Below, piece by piece: positions 17,615 to 27,488 of a stretch of 64,000 nucleotides of DNA. The translations under genes were made by a program, and so were the position numbers. The notes below the pieces were generated by a model. It was not told where the DNA came from, did not search any database, and saw only the letters and a list, made by a program, of their open reading frames with translations. Position 1 is the stretch's first letter. The number at the start of each line of letters is the position of its first letter. The stretch comes from a virus: positions 1-64,000 of IMG/VR virus record IMGVR_UViG_3300037488_003551. The stretch is one strand, 5' to 3'.

Positions 17615-20092
17615 ATGCCAACTATGTCCATGTCTCCGGAAGTTCAAGCGTATGGCCAACTGCCGTCGACCGAACAAGCCGCGGAGATGTTCAAACAAAG
17701 ATTTTCGGAGATGGCCTATAACGTAATGATGGCGAAGTTTCCTGAACTCGCTGCACAAGTCGTGACGTTTAAGCTCATCGAGACGGACGCAGAGAGTGGC
17801 AAAGGCGTAGGCGCTTTTGTTTTGCTTCTGGAAGATAAGACTATCTATATCCCTGTGGTGATGGTGGATAGTCAGCTCAAGCCTTTTGATATGTTCTATT
17901 TTAAAGACCTCAATATTTTCCTACCCCTTTCGAATGAGTGGTTGGATGAGGTCTCTAAATCAGCGCTGTCGAATTTAGGTGAGCCTGCCAAGCTCCCGCA
18001 AGGCGTCTCCCGAGACATGAGCATCCGGGACATTATTGTTCCGCCTATTATGCCCGAGGGGCGCATCGGACTCGCCTCGGATATGTCCGAGATGTTTAAG
18101 GCCGCGAGTTATAACCCGAAGCCGCGTTTTCTCGAGTTCGTGAAGAACGCGTCGCATGTAGTTCTAGACGGTCTTCGTTTGACGTTCGAACGTAATCCGA
18201 GTTTCGGCCAAAAGATTGCTCAGTACTACGGGAAGAAAGCACTTACGGAAGCTTTTCAGACTGGATATGCGCGTACGGTAAAGACAGCAGCAGAAAATAA
18301 GAAGCCGGTCGTTCGCGTATTCAATCTCGAAACGTACCAGAACGCACTCCCTGAATTGAAAAGGGAATGCGGTTTGAAAATCGCGTCGGACCTTTTCGGC
18401 GAGATCGCGATGAACGGTGTCGGTACAATTGATACGCGACCGGTGGTGAAAAACAAGGTCGTAAAGGTTGAGTCTCCTGTGTGCCTCTCTCCTGCCACGG
18501 AGACTGGATTTTATAACCTCTATTTCCCGGACAAGACGAAGAAGCTCTGTCTCGTGGCAGCAACCGTTCCGGACGGTGACTACCTGGTAATGTTCGCTGA
18601 TGGGAGCAAAGCTTGGACCGTTTACAAAAATGACGCCAAGACGCTGATTGGTGAGCCTGAACTAGATGATAGCGTTATCAAAGCTACGGCCATTTATAAA
18701 GCTCTCGAAGGAGGCTCCAATAATAAGCCGACGATGAATAAGCACAACGTTGCTTTGTACGTTTCAAAACAGGGAAAACTCCAAGCTTGCGGGCCTAAGT
18801 ACATCTCTAGAGTCACGGATAACGGTGACGGTACGACCACGCTAGATAGCGGTCATATCGATTCGGATAATATACGCGGACGTATCATGACTTCTTCGGG
18901 TAGCATGAGCGGCTCTACGACCTTTTATCCGAAGAGCACTTCTTGGTTTTCAGTTCCAGACCCCTGGGAAAATAAACTGAAACCTATCGATGACCCGAAC
19001 ATGATTACGCGCTGGATTGACCAGCACCTTGCAGATAAGACTGACGAGGCGCCTATCAATGTGAAGAAAGCAGGTCTGGCTCAGTGGTGGGTGGAAGGAA
19101 TTCCGACCGCGGTTTATTTGGAGGCCGCGCTCGAGAAGGTCGCCACACGCTACGACCTCTCGCTCAATGATGCGTCCCGAGTTTTGGACGATGCGACAAA
19201 GAATGGGACGTGTCGCTTGCGCCTTATAAAGAGAGCGCAGGGCGAAGAGATGATGCAGCAGGAAGCTGCTCCTCCACAAGACCCAGCGCTGCAGCAGCAA
19301 GGTATGGACCCGGCGATGATGCAGCAGCAGGGTATGGACCCGAGCATGATGGGTATGGACCCGAGCATGATGGGGATGATGCCGCCTCAGCCCCCACAAC
19401 TTTCACCAACCGACCTGGCGATTGCGGAAACAGTTCAAGGTCTGCAGCAGGAGAACCAACTCCGTATGCAGCAGATTCAAGACCAGATGGCTCAGCAGCA
19501 GCAAGCTATGCAGATGCAGATGGAGTCCAACGAGAAGCTCATCGGTGTGCTGACCCAAATTCAGCAACGCGCGAGTGCTATTGGACAGGCGACAGGTGGG
19601 ATAGTTCCTCCCGAAGCCATGCAATCCCCGCTCGCTGCCGGCCAAATGTTGGCGCCAATACCTCCTCCGCAACCCGAGCCTCCGCCGATGCCCGTCATGC
19701 AAGAAGAAGGTCCGGCCTCCGCGGAGATGGTCGCATCTCAAATCCATCCAGAGCTCGCCGAGCAAGCGGCAGATTTTCAAGATGCGGGAATGTTCGACAC
19801 CTCAGTCTTGGCAGTGATGGCAGCTGCTCCGCTCCTCCGGGATATCGTTAGCACCTATATTCCCAATCTGGAAAAAGCGCTCGATAATATCGGGCGTATT
19901 CAGCTGACTTTGTGGATGCGCGAAGCAGAGACCAAGTCTGCCATCGGAAACGATGCGTTCGTTCTCCTCGAAGACAAGCTGCGTAACGTGTTCAAGAACT
20001 TAGGAGAAATCGTTCTCCAGGTAAACCGCAACGCGCTGGATACCGAAGCAGGTGCGATGCAATCTCAGAGGATGTTGGGCGACCAACAGTAA
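17615..20092 (+). CDS. Large putative head/core protein with Q/M/P-rich low-complexity region
   Basis: 825 aa; KAAS, KTAA, KIAS, KRAQ sites; GMDPSMM repeats; TACAATT upstream at 17573. Confidence 0.55.
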   Translation: MPTMSMSPEVQAYGQLPSTEQAAEMFKQRFSEMAYNVMMAKFPELAAQVVTFKLIETDAESGKGVGAFVLLLEDKTIYIPVVMVDSQLKPFDMFYFKDLNIFLPLSNEWLDEVSKSALSNLGEPAKLPQGVSRDMSIRDIIVPPIMPEGRIGLASDMSEMFKAASYNPKPRFLEFVKNASHVVLDGLRLTFERNPSFGQKIAQYYGKKALTEAFQTGYARTVKTAAENKKPVVRVFNLETYQNALPELKRECGLKIASDLFGEIAMNGVGTIDTRPVVKNKVVKVESPVCLSPATETGFYNLYFPDKTKKLCLVAATVPDGDYLVMFADGSKAWTVYKNDAKTLIGEPELDDSVIKATAIYKALEGGSNNKPTMNKHNVALYVSKQGKLQACGPKYISRVTDNGDGTTTLDSGHIDSDNIRGRIMTSSGSMSGSTTFYPKSTSWFSVPDPWENKLKPIDDPNMITRWIDQHLADKTDEAPINVKKAGLAQWWVEGIPTAVYLEAALEKVATRYDLSLNDASRVLDDATKNGTCRLRLIKRAQGEEMMQQEAAPPQDPALQQQGMDPAMMQQQGMDPSMMGMDPSMMGMMPPQPPQLSPTDLAIAETVQGLQQENQLRMQQIQDQMAQQQQAMQMQMESNEKLIGVLTQIQQRASAIGQATGGIVPPEAMQSPLAAGQMLAPIPPPQPEPPPMPVMQEEGPASAEMVASQIHPELAEQAADFQDAGMFDTSVLAVMAAAPLLRDIVSTYIPNLEKALDNIGRIQLTLWMREAETKSAIGNDAFVLLEDKLRNVFKNLGEIVLQVNRNALDTEAGAMQSQRMLGDQQ
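19301..19380 (+). repeat. Coding tandem repeat GGTATGGACCCG(GCG/AGC)ATGATG x3 (GMDPxMM)
   Basis: Seen directly in the sequence. Confidence 0.85.
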
Positions 20093-20096
20093 AAAG

Positions 20097-20801
20097 ATGC
20101 TTGCCCGCATACAGCCGTATTGGCGGTGGTTGAATCTTGAGTACGCGATAAAACGTAAACAGCCACCATCGGACCCATGGCTTGAGCAACTTTACGACCT
20201 GTATTTTGGAAACGTAGAGGGAACCGAGGCGCAGCAAGCAGTCATCGGTCATGTTTTTTCGGAGTTCAAACGCGACGTGATTATGGCCTACTTTTTTGCG
20301 CGATGTTCGATGAACGATATCGAGGAGAGCTTAGAGCTTCCCCCCGAGGTCGTGGAAGGCGTTGCGCGCTTATTTTTTGACCGTACAAAAATTCGTACGA
20401 AGTTAGACCATATTGAATACGCTCGCGAATATATGGACAAGTTTGCTTGTGCGGAAGGAAAGAGTCTCATCTATCTCGGGATGACTGGAGGACCAATTTC
20501 CTTAAAGAATAAATTTTGTCTTGGTTATGAGATGCCTAACATCGATCAAGACTTTGTAGATCACCGGATGTATATGACAGCGGTGTCTTTTGGACTCATG
20601 ACCCGAGGTAATGCTCTGACTTCACGCGAAGGAAAAGAAGCCTTTCACTGGTTCCAGCAGGCTTCTACGATGTCTAATGTGTATCGTAAACTGCAGCAGG
20701 GAGAAGACGACGCCCAGGATGCTATCGTGGCGATTGAGCAGCGAAAGCTTACCCATAAACCTGAGGCGGCTGGTATCGACCGCAACGAAGTTCTTCACTG
20801 A
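20097..20801 (+). CDS. Hypothetical protein of the head operon
   Basis: Fills the gap between neighbours; start placed at ATG 20097. Confidence 0.6.
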   Translation: MLARIQPYWRWLNLEYAIKRKQPPSDPWLEQLYDLYFGNVEGTEAQQAVIGHVFSEFKRDVIMAYFFARCSMNDIEESLELPPEVVEGVARLFFDRTKIRTKLDHIEYAREYMDKFACAEGKSLIYLGMTGGPISLKNKFCLGYEMPNIDQDFVDHRMYMTAVSFGLMTRGNALTSREGKEAFHWFQQASTMSNVYRKLQQGEDDAQDAIVAIEQRKLTHKPEAAGIDRNEVLH

Positions 20802-20815
20802 TAAGGAGTCCAGCT

Positions 20816-21691
20816 ATGTGGATGCGCGATGATTACGAAAAAGCGGCGAGTGTTATTGCCAAGGAATTCGCTGCGGGTAATGGCGCTGTGACCATTAACC
20901 AGCTCGCCACAAAAACTGCTGCCGAGGCTGGATTGAATCCGGATGGGATTCGAACACTGGTGCGCCTTGCGAACGTCAATGCTTTTAATGAGCTCTTTTC
21001 AAAGCAGGCGGGTAAAGAAGACCGCATGTTCGAGTTTGAGACTGGCGACCCCGAGATTGTTATTTCTTCTCTACATTCGGATGCTAAAGTGGCGCACGAG
21101 ATGAACTCTCCCGTCTCTTTGAATAATTACGATATGCTCGCGGACTACTTCGGCGGATTCTCGACGAAGACTGCGGAAGACGAAGAAGAGGATGACGAAG
21201 ACGAGGGCGAGGACGAAGAATGTGAGAAGGACGAGAAGTGCGACGAAGAGAGCAAGGAGCCTGTCCTGAATAAATCCGAAGTTACGATGCTTTACAACCG
21301 AGCTAAAGACAAAGTCTCAGAAGAAAAGAAGGCGTCGGAAATCCGTTGGGGTCTGGCTCTCGAGAAGGCGGCACGCGTAACCAGCGAAGTGGCGGGTCGA
21401 AACGTCCATTTTAACAAGACCGCTTTTTACCGTGACCTCGTCTCTGCCAGTAATGGTTCATGTCTCGATGACGTTAAAGGCCTCCACGCTCTTCTGACAA
21501 AAGAAGAAGGCGTGGACGTTCTTGGTGGAATGAAGGTTGCGGAGGTCGTGGATACTTTTTCACCCAACCTAAAAGGACAGACCGCAGAAATTCTCGGCTA
21601 CCTAGAAGAAGCACGCGAAGCACGCTACAATTGGGACAAGTGCGCTAGCGCCGAGAGGTTCCTCAATGGGATGGAAATCAGTCACAGATAA
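20816..21691 (+). CDS. Putative internal head protein with acidic tract and K-x-A sites
   Basis: AAGGAG SD; KAA, KTA x3, KQA, KVA x2. Confidence 0.6.
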   Translation: MWMRDDYEKAASVIAKEFAAGNGAVTINQLATKTAAEAGLNPDGIRTLVRLANVNAFNELFSKQAGKEDRMFEFETGDPEIVISSLHSDAKVAHEMNSPVSLNNYDMLADYFGGFSTKTAEDEEEDDEDEGEDEECEKDEKCDEESKEPVLNKSEVTMLYNRAKDKVSEEKKASEIRWGLALEKAARVTSEVAGRNVHFNKTAFYRDLVSASNGSCLDDVKGLHALLTKEEGVDVLGGMKVAEVVDTFSPNLKGQTAEILGYLEEAREARYNWDKCASAERFLNGMEISHR

Positions 21692-22373
21692 GTTCGTAAC
21701 CGACCCCGGACCCGCGCTAAAACGTTTTATCGAAACCGTTCAGCGTCATCCGGTAGCTTCTACAATAGGCGCCGGGACTCTTGCAGCAGGTGCAACATCG
21801 TTTGGCCCCAAGGCCAATGAACAGGAGAGTGAGTTCATGAAAAACCGTCTTGGGTCTCCTGACGGAAAATTTGTTTACGCCTCTGAAAAAGTTGCGGCGC
21901 AACTGGAAGAGCTATTTGTGAAAGAGGCGGCACCATCTGCTGCGGCTAACCCTTCCGCGTGGAATTCGGCGTGGCAATCGGGTGTTGAAGGTTTAAGTAA
22001 AGGCGTAGGCGCAGGCGTAGGTGGAGCGGGAGTATTGATTCTCTCTGACCTTCTCCGAAAAGCGGGACGAGGACTCTCTCAAAAACTCGTTTACGATTCT
22101 AAGCGTAAAGAAATGCTCCGCAAGATTCTTTCGATGGACCCTATCGTCAGCGCTTTTGAAGCCCAGAACCCAGGTCTCATGCTCAAGGTTTATGCGTCTA
22201 TGGTTTCTGTTGCGCCCACTCTGAGTCTCGACCAAAATGCAGTGACTTCTTTTCTCCGAGAAGCTGCGCAAACGCATGGCTCGTTGAACTACATGACGAT
22301 TAAGCAATTGGCCGAAACAGAAAAAGCAATCAACGAGTCCAAGGGTACGGACCTCAGCCGCTTGAGACTGTGA
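21666..22373 (+). CDS. Putative internal head protein with hydrophobic Gly-rich segments
   Basis: EKVAA, KEAA; GVGAGVGGAG. Confidence 0.55.
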   Translation: MGWKSVTDKFVTDPGPALKRFIETVQRHPVASTIGAGTLAAGATSFGPKANEQESEFMKNRLGSPDGKFVYASEKVAAQLEELFVKEAAPSAAANPSAWNSAWQSGVEGLSKGVGAGVGGAGVLILSDLLRKAGRGLSQKLVYDSKRKEMLRKILSMDPIVSAFEAQNPGLMLKVYASMVSVAPTLSLDQNAVTSFLREAAQTHGSLNYMTIKQLAETEKAINESKGTDLSRLRL

Positions 22374-22600
22374 GGCAGAACATGACATACGACGAACTCA
22401 GCCAAATGATTCCAGAGTCCGTAAAACTCGCGATGCGCAATGGACAGTTCCATAAGGTAGCCGCGGAAATGAACGGTTGGAAATCCACAGAGCTTCCTGA
22501 AATTCTTGAGAGTTTTGGGACCAAGCTTGCCAGCCGACAAGAGCGCTATCGCGTGATTACGGATGGGCTAAATGCTCTCGAGACTCTGAAGAAGGACTAA
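22370..22600 (+). CDS. Small putative scaffold-like protein
   Basis: KLA, KVA, KLA within 76 aa; coupled ORF. Confidence 0.55.
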   Translation: MRQNMTYDELSQMIPESVKLAMRNGQFHKVAAEMNGWKSTELPEILESFGTKLASRQERYRVITDGLNALETLKKD

Positions 22601-22607
22601 TCCTCAC

Positions 22608-24689
22608 ATGATGAGAAAAATCGTCCACCTCGACCCTTACTTCCCGACTGGTGAGCTCACGATTCAGCCGGTTGTATTGTGGTCGGGGAGTAAGAAGTTT
22701 GTCGAACCCATCACGAAGCATGCAAGTGTTGGGGCAGACTTCTTCAAGACGATTCAGCCGGTACCCGGTCATAGCATCGTTTATGTTCTCGCTGTCAGCG
22801 CTTGGGAGCGTTATGGCGAAAACCGAAATGGTGACGGTTTTCCAGACCAGCCGTATATGGCGCATGCGGGAGGAATTCAAGAAACCGAGACTCTCCAAAA
22901 GCACTACAAATCTTTTGAGTCTGTTGGGAATGTTTTTCTCTCGCACGTTAACACCGACCCCATAAAAGCTGTAGGGCGCGTTATTAAAGCATTCTGGAAT
23001 GACTCGATGAAACGCGTCGAGCTTCTTTTGGATGTGGACAACGCTAAAGCTCCACGTGTGGTTGAGCGAATAGAAGCTGGGGAATATCCTGCGGTTTCGA
23101 TGGGGACGCGCGTTCCCTGGGACGTGTGCTCCCTACCCTCTTGTTTAAATCACGCACCCACCCGTGCCCAGTACTGCGACCACCTGCGTTTTCAAATGCG
23201 GGATGTTGTTAACGGCGTGAAGGTTGCCGCTCTTAATCCGAGCTGCAAATTTTTCGATATTTCTTGGGTGGTGCGGCCGGCAGACCCGAATGCCTATATG
23301 CTCAAGAAGGTTGCTGATGAGGCCTACGAAATCAAATATTCGGGGGCGGCAGCAGGTGAATACTTGGACGAAATGGAAGAGCGTAAGCTCGCGGCGCACA
23401 AGTTAGCGGTAATCGATAAAGTTGTTCAGGGTATTCCAGTCGATGCCAAGTCCGAAAATATCGATCCGATGCACCTACACAACGCCTGTGCAATGCAGCC
23501 GACGGCGATGTCGATGAGTCATGGTCTTCCAGAGCTCTCTGATTCTATCCTCCGGCAGCTGGCCTCGTCCTGCTCTCTTCCAGATATTTTCACGTCTACG
23601 CTTGCGATGGGCATGCCCCTATGCACGCGCGAGGTTGTGAAAATTACGATTTACCGTCAGATGCCTGGCGCCCCAAATATGGACGGAGTCGCGGATGCCG
23701 CGGTCTCCGCGCGTCAGCCTTTGATGGACCTTTTCCAAGAGCATCCGCAGATGTTGGATGCATATGAAGGTGACCTCGACATTGACCAGTGTCATTTGAA
23801 TCCTAAAGTAGCTGAAATCATTGGGACCGGAATGGAAAAACGTTCGGGTATTTATGAGTACTTGAAACGTAAGTACGTTCCTGGAAAGTACCGTGATGAT
23901 GCTACACGACTGACACCCTTTACTGTAACGGACCCGGTATCGGGACAACGTTATGGTACGAATCGACAAGCTGCTATTTTGGCACATGACGAAATCGCTA
24001 AAAAGAATTTACGGAAAGTTCTGGGAGGGGCTGCGGCTCTCGGAGGAGCGTATGGTTTAATTTCTTCTGGGTTGAGAAGTAGAGGATTGTCGAAGTTAAA
24101 TCCTCTAGTTGCAGGCACTCTTGGCGCAGTTGGATTAATGAATATGCCTTCTATGGGGCCGCATTATATGACGGACCAAGGTGTTCCTATTCCTGTCCTG
24201 ACTGAGCTCACCAAAATGAGCGCCGATTCTTCTGGTTTTGCACGTTCTTTAGCGTTACCTCTTTTTGGTACGCTGGGAACGATGGCGCTTTTAGGGATGG
24301 ACCGAAGGCATCGTTTAGCCCAAGGATATGTTCCAGGTAATCCCTACGAGAATGCGCCTCGTCGAGGGATAGATACTCTCAGTACCGCAGCTGCAAATCA
24401 CCCACTTCTTTTTGCAGGATTGGGTACGCTAGGAATGCGCGCTGCAGGGAATACCAGAGCTGCAAAATATCTCGGAGAGAATGTCGCTAAGCCACTTTTT
24501 AATAAAGGGCAAAAGGCTGTCAGTGGTATAGACGAATCCCTTCGAAGATGGGCTCAAAAAACTAGCCAAGAAATAATTGTGGGAGCGTCTATGAAAGCTG
24601 CGTCGGATTCCGTAAGCCTTCCAGTATTAGACATGGACAAAATCGCCGAAAGTCTTGGCGAGATTTTGTTAGGAAACACGGACTTGTGA
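22608..24689 (+). CDS. Prohead maturation protease (N-terminal) with glycine-zipper C-terminal extension
   Basis: NRNGDGFP, FLSHVN (His), AVSMGT (Ser), CSLPSC..CDH, FFDISWV.RPAD..A; lies upstream of the capsid genes. Confidence 0.8.
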   Translation: MMRKIVHLDPYFPTGELTIQPVVLWSGSKKFVEPITKHASVGADFFKTIQPVPGHSIVYVLAVSAWERYGENRNGDGFPDQPYMAHAGGIQETETLQKHYKSFESVGNVFLSHVNTDPIKAVGRVIKAFWNDSMKRVELLLDVDNAKAPRVVERIEAGEYPAVSMGTRVPWDVCSLPSCLNHAPTRAQYCDHLRFQMRDVVNGVKVAALNPSCKFFDISWVVRPADPNAYMLKKVADEAYEIKYSGAAAGEYLDEMEERKLAAHKLAVIDKVVQGIPVDAKSENIDPMHLHNACAMQPTAMSMSHGLPELSDSILRQLASSCSLPDIFTSTLAMGMPLCTREVVKITIYRQMPGAPNMDGVADAAVSARQPLMDLFQEHPQMLDAYEGDLDIDQCHLNPKVAEIIGTGMEKRSGIYEYLKRKYVPGKYRDDATRLTPFTVTDPVSGQRYGTNRQAAILAHDEIAKKNLRKVLGGAAALGGAYGLISSGLRSRGLSKLNPLVAGTLGAVGLMNMPSMGPHYMTDQGVPIPVLTELTKMSADSSGFARSLALPLFGTLGTMALLGMDRRHRLAQGYVPGNPYENAPRRGIDTLSTAAANHPLLFAGLGTLGMRAAGNTRAAKYLGENVAKPLFNKGQKAVSGIDESLRRWAQKTSQEIIVGASMKAASDSVSLPVLDMDKIAESLGEILLGNTDL

Positions 24690-24742
24690 ATTGAGAACGA
24701 GCACCATATCATTGGTGCGTAAAAGGAAAGAGGTCATGCACC

Positions 24743-25279
24743 ATGGAATTCGCTAAGATGCTCGCCGGTTTTAACGCTCCCGCAGCTGCACAAACTAAAA
24801 CGGCTAGCGTGGACAACACGAAACAGCAGATTGCTAGCGCTGTGGAAGCGACTAAGGTTGCTTCGGCAGCACAATCAACTGATGCTGTGGAGGCTCTTAT
24901 GAAGACAGCGGCTACGTTGGCTGAAAATGAGAAGACAGCTGAGCTGGTACACGCGCACATGAGCGGTCGCGCTTTTGCGCAAGGTGCTATGGAAGTGTTC
25001 GCGGTTGCTGACGCTGCAGCTCAGAAGGTAGCGTCGGAGACTGCTCCTTCGCCCAATGCGTACTACCAAGCAAAGATGGCTGCTGACCAGGAAGCCATGG
25101 TCAAGGCTGCTGCTGAGCAGGGTTATCACGACACGATGACCAAAGCTGCCGCTGAGTACAACCAAGGATACGAAGCAGCGGTACAGGATGCCGTGAAGGT
25201 CGCTGCCAACGAGTTCTACAAGGGTGCGCAAGAGGCCGCGATTATCATCCAGGCCGCTCGCAGCCAAAGGAACGGCTGA
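24743..25279 (+). CDS. Ala-rich putative scaffolding protein
   Basis: About nine K-x-A sites; GY repeats (QGYHD, QGYEA). Confidence 0.6.
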   Translation: MEFAKMLAGFNAPAAAQTKTASVDNTKQQIASAVEATKVASAAQSTDAVEALMKTAATLAENEKTAELVHAHMSGRAFAQGAMEVFAVADAAAQKVASETAPSPNAYYQAKMAADQEAMVKAAAEQGYHDTMTKAAAEYNQGYEAAVQDAVKVAANEFYKGAQEAAIIIQAARSQRNG

Positions 25280-25286
25280 GTGAAAC

Positions 25287-25502
25287 ATGGCTAGACCTCT
25301 TCCGAGTGTGGATGCTGTTGTTGCCCGCGTCAAAGCGCTGGCACAGGAAGAAGCGGTGAAGACCGCCTCTGCCGCGGCGCCGATGCTTACTGACGATGTG
25401 GCTCAAAGCCTGCAGAAGTTGGCGAGCGACCTTCGGGCAGAGGCTTCGGTACGCGTGTCTGTTCAGGACGTTCTGAACTTTGCACAGGCGGTGCACCGAT
25501 GA
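25287..25502 (+). CDS. Small putative scaffold-like protein
   Basis: KTAS, KLAS; lies in the operon. Confidence 0.55.
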   Translation: MARPLPSVDAVVARVKALAQEEAVKTASAAAPMLTDDVAQSLQKLASDLRAEASVRVSVQDVLNFAQAVHR

Positions 25503-25657
25503 CATCTCCCGTGTCAGCTCAACTCCGTACCTTGGCGCAAGAACTCCGTAAGGAAGCGTCAGTCCGTGAAGAGACCAAGCTACTCAAAGTGGCGCAGGTT
25601 CTCTCCGCGGCTCGAGCCTTAGACGAATTTCGTGCGCTTCTAAATGGAAGGCAGTAA
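25499..25657 (+). CDS. Small helical protein (52 aa, MTSPVSAQLRTLAQELRKEAS...), not in ORF track
   Basis: ATGA overlap with the previous stop; ends 2 nt before the next ATG; KEA and KVA sites. Confidence 0.6.
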   Translation: MTSPVSAQLRTLAQELRKEASVREETKLLKVAQVLSAARALDEFRALLNGRQ

Positions 25658-25659
25658 AA

Positions 25660-25992
25660 ATGCTGGACCTAGTGAAAGTAGCTGAAGTCCTCGAAGCTGC
25701 CGCCAGTTATATCGAGGCAACCGAGACCAAGCAAGCCGAAGCTGTCAACGCGGTTCGGGGTGCTGAGGCCTCAAAATTGGCCAGCCGTATCCGAGATGCC
25801 GTCGGAGAAAATATCTCCGCGGACCTTCTCGGAAAGCTGGCCGCGACTAACCCAGAAGTGACCGAGCTCCTCGCGCGCCTCGCCGGGGGAGACCGCGTCG
25901 ATTCCCTGGGCGGTCCTGACACAACGAAAACAGCTTCCACCTCTTCGCTGCCCGAGGGTGAGGCTGCTTTTGTAAACTTCCTTCTGAGCTGA
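25660..25992 (+). CDS. Putative scaffold protein immediately upstream of the capsid genes
   Basis: KVA, KQA, KLA x2, KTA; C-terminal FVNFLLS. Confidence 0.55.
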   Translation: MLDLVKVAEVLEAAASYIEATETKQAEAVNAVRGAEASKLASRIRDAVGENISADLLGKLAATNPEVTELLARLAGGDRVDSLGGPDTTKTASTSSLPEGEAAFVNFLLS

Positions 25993-26018
25993 AGGACTTG
26001 AAAAGGATGAGGTAACCC

Positions 26019-26534
26019 ATGTCGATTCTCACGAGCAATTTCGACATCATCACCCATGATCCCCCCGAGAGTGCGAAGGCGGGTCTTGCGATGGTGTTGA
26101 GCGTCTACGGCGCACCAGCCCCAGGGGCTGGCGGCACCCCCACCGCGGGTTCCATCCCGGCTGGCTCCATCATTGTGATGAATGCCAACGGTCTGGCGAT
26201 TCTCGCAGACAACGATGCTGCGACGACGGATGCTCCCAAGCTGATGTTCGTCACCATCGACGGCGACCAAGACTACGACGGGTCGTTTGTCCACAAGATC
26301 ACCTGCGTGCAGGGCGGCATCGAAATCCTGACCCCGCAGTATCTCACGGCGAGCTACGCTCCCGGCGCCATGCTCACGTGTGGCCAGGCGAGCGCGACGG
26401 CCTGCGTTGGCAAGTTCCGCGCTGCCGCCACTGGCGAACAAATCTACGGTGTAGTTGGCCCGCTGGGTCTCAATGCGACCACGCTGGTTCTGGACGTCAT
26501 CATTCCGCAGGGCATTTGCCCGGCGTCGGCATAA
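26019..26534 (+). CDS. Capsid decoration/cement protein (putative)
   Basis: Beta-rich 171-aa protein directly before the major capsid gene; strong SD; GC3-rich codons. Confidence 0.6.
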   Translation: MSILTSNFDIITHDPPESAKAGLAMVLSVYGAPAPGAGGTPTAGSIPAGSIIVMNANGLAILADNDAATTDAPKLMFVTIDGDQDYDGSFVHKITCVQGGIEILTPQYLTASYAPGAMLTCGQASATACVGKFRAAATGEQIYGVVGPLGLNATTLVLDVIIPQGICPASA

Positions 26535-26546
26535 GGGAGGTTTCTG

Positions 26547-27467
26547 ATGTCGTACAATGTTGAAACCTCTACTCATTCCGCGCAGTTCCTGAACAAGTCG
26601 TTCCTCTCCAAGGTTGAGGGCGGCCATGTGAAGGAAGCGGTCGAAGCCAGCTCGCTGTTCATTCGTGAGCGTCTTCGTCAGGCGGCAGCTGTCCGTGAAG
26701 TCATCGTCCCCCAAAGCGTGACCGAAGAGAACATCGACCGTGACGAGAGCACCGACCAGCCGAAGATCATCATCGACAAGGAGCCGAACTCAACGGCTTC
26801 TTTCGTGCAGTTCCAAGGCACCGGTCGCCGCACGTGGTTCAAGGGTCCCCGTTACTCCGTCCGCTTTGGTAAGGTCGAGTCACAGCGATTCACCAAGACC
26901 AAGGCGGAGCTCATGACCTACCGCTCCGACATTCGCAAGATTCTGTCGGACAACTCGGTCATGGATATGGCGGACGAAGAGGATCGCAAGTTCTACGAGC
27001 TCGTCGCCGCGATCATCGCCGCGAACCCGAGCGTACAGCGCACCACGGGCGCTTTCCAGAGCGGCACGTTCAAGGTTGCTTGCCAGGCGATGCTGACCGG
27101 TACGCGCAAGCGTCCTATCGGCAAGCTCCTGCTGAGCAAAGAGCGCTACATGGACGCGCTCGACCTGCCGGCGACCTCCGTCGGTGACGAGATTGCCAAG
27201 CGTCATTTTGACGAGGGCATCGAGTCCTCGCAGAAGCTCTGGGGTCTCCCCGTTGTGACGCACGTCAAGTCGGATATCTATCCGACCGACAAGGGTTGGA
27301 TTTTCTCTCCAACCACGCCGAACAACTTCCTGGGTAACTTCTTCACCCTGCAAGATGCCACTCTGTTCATCAAGCAGGAAGCAGACGTCATCTCCTTCTG
27401 GACCTACGAGTACGTTGGCCTCGGAATCGCCAACACTCTGTCCATGCAGGAAATCGTTTTCAGCTGA
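26547..27467 (+). CDS. Major capsid protein (HK97-fold, putative)
   Basis: FIRERLRQ...REVI, IIDKEP, ELMTYRSDIRKIL...D...EEDRKF, LWGLPVV, YEYVGLGIAN; strongest codon bias in the window; position after protease and scaffolds. Confidence 0.75.
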   Translation: MSYNVETSTHSAQFLNKSFLSKVEGGHVKEAVEASSLFIRERLRQAAAVREVIVPQSVTEENIDRDESTDQPKIIIDKEPNSTASFVQFQGTGRRTWFKGPRYSVRFGKVESQRFTKTKAELMTYRSDIRKILSDNSVMDMADEEDRKFYELVAAIIAANPSVQRTTGAFQSGTFKVACQAMLTGTRKRPIGKLLLSKERYMDALDLPATSVGDEIAKRHFDEGIESSQKLWGLPVVTHVKSDIYPTDKGWIFSPTTPNNFLGNFFTLQDATLFIKQEADVISFWTYEYVGLGIANTLSMQEIVFS

Positions 27468-27488
27468 TAAGAAGGTAGGCGAACTGCC

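Noticed and set aside
16648-17631. 327-aa minus-strand ORF
   Set aside because: Antisense shadow of GC3-rich ORF 16657-17532.
25707-26714. 335-aa minus-strand ORF
   Set aside because: Antisense to the GC3-rich scaffold, decoration and capsid genes; the composition is not protein-like.
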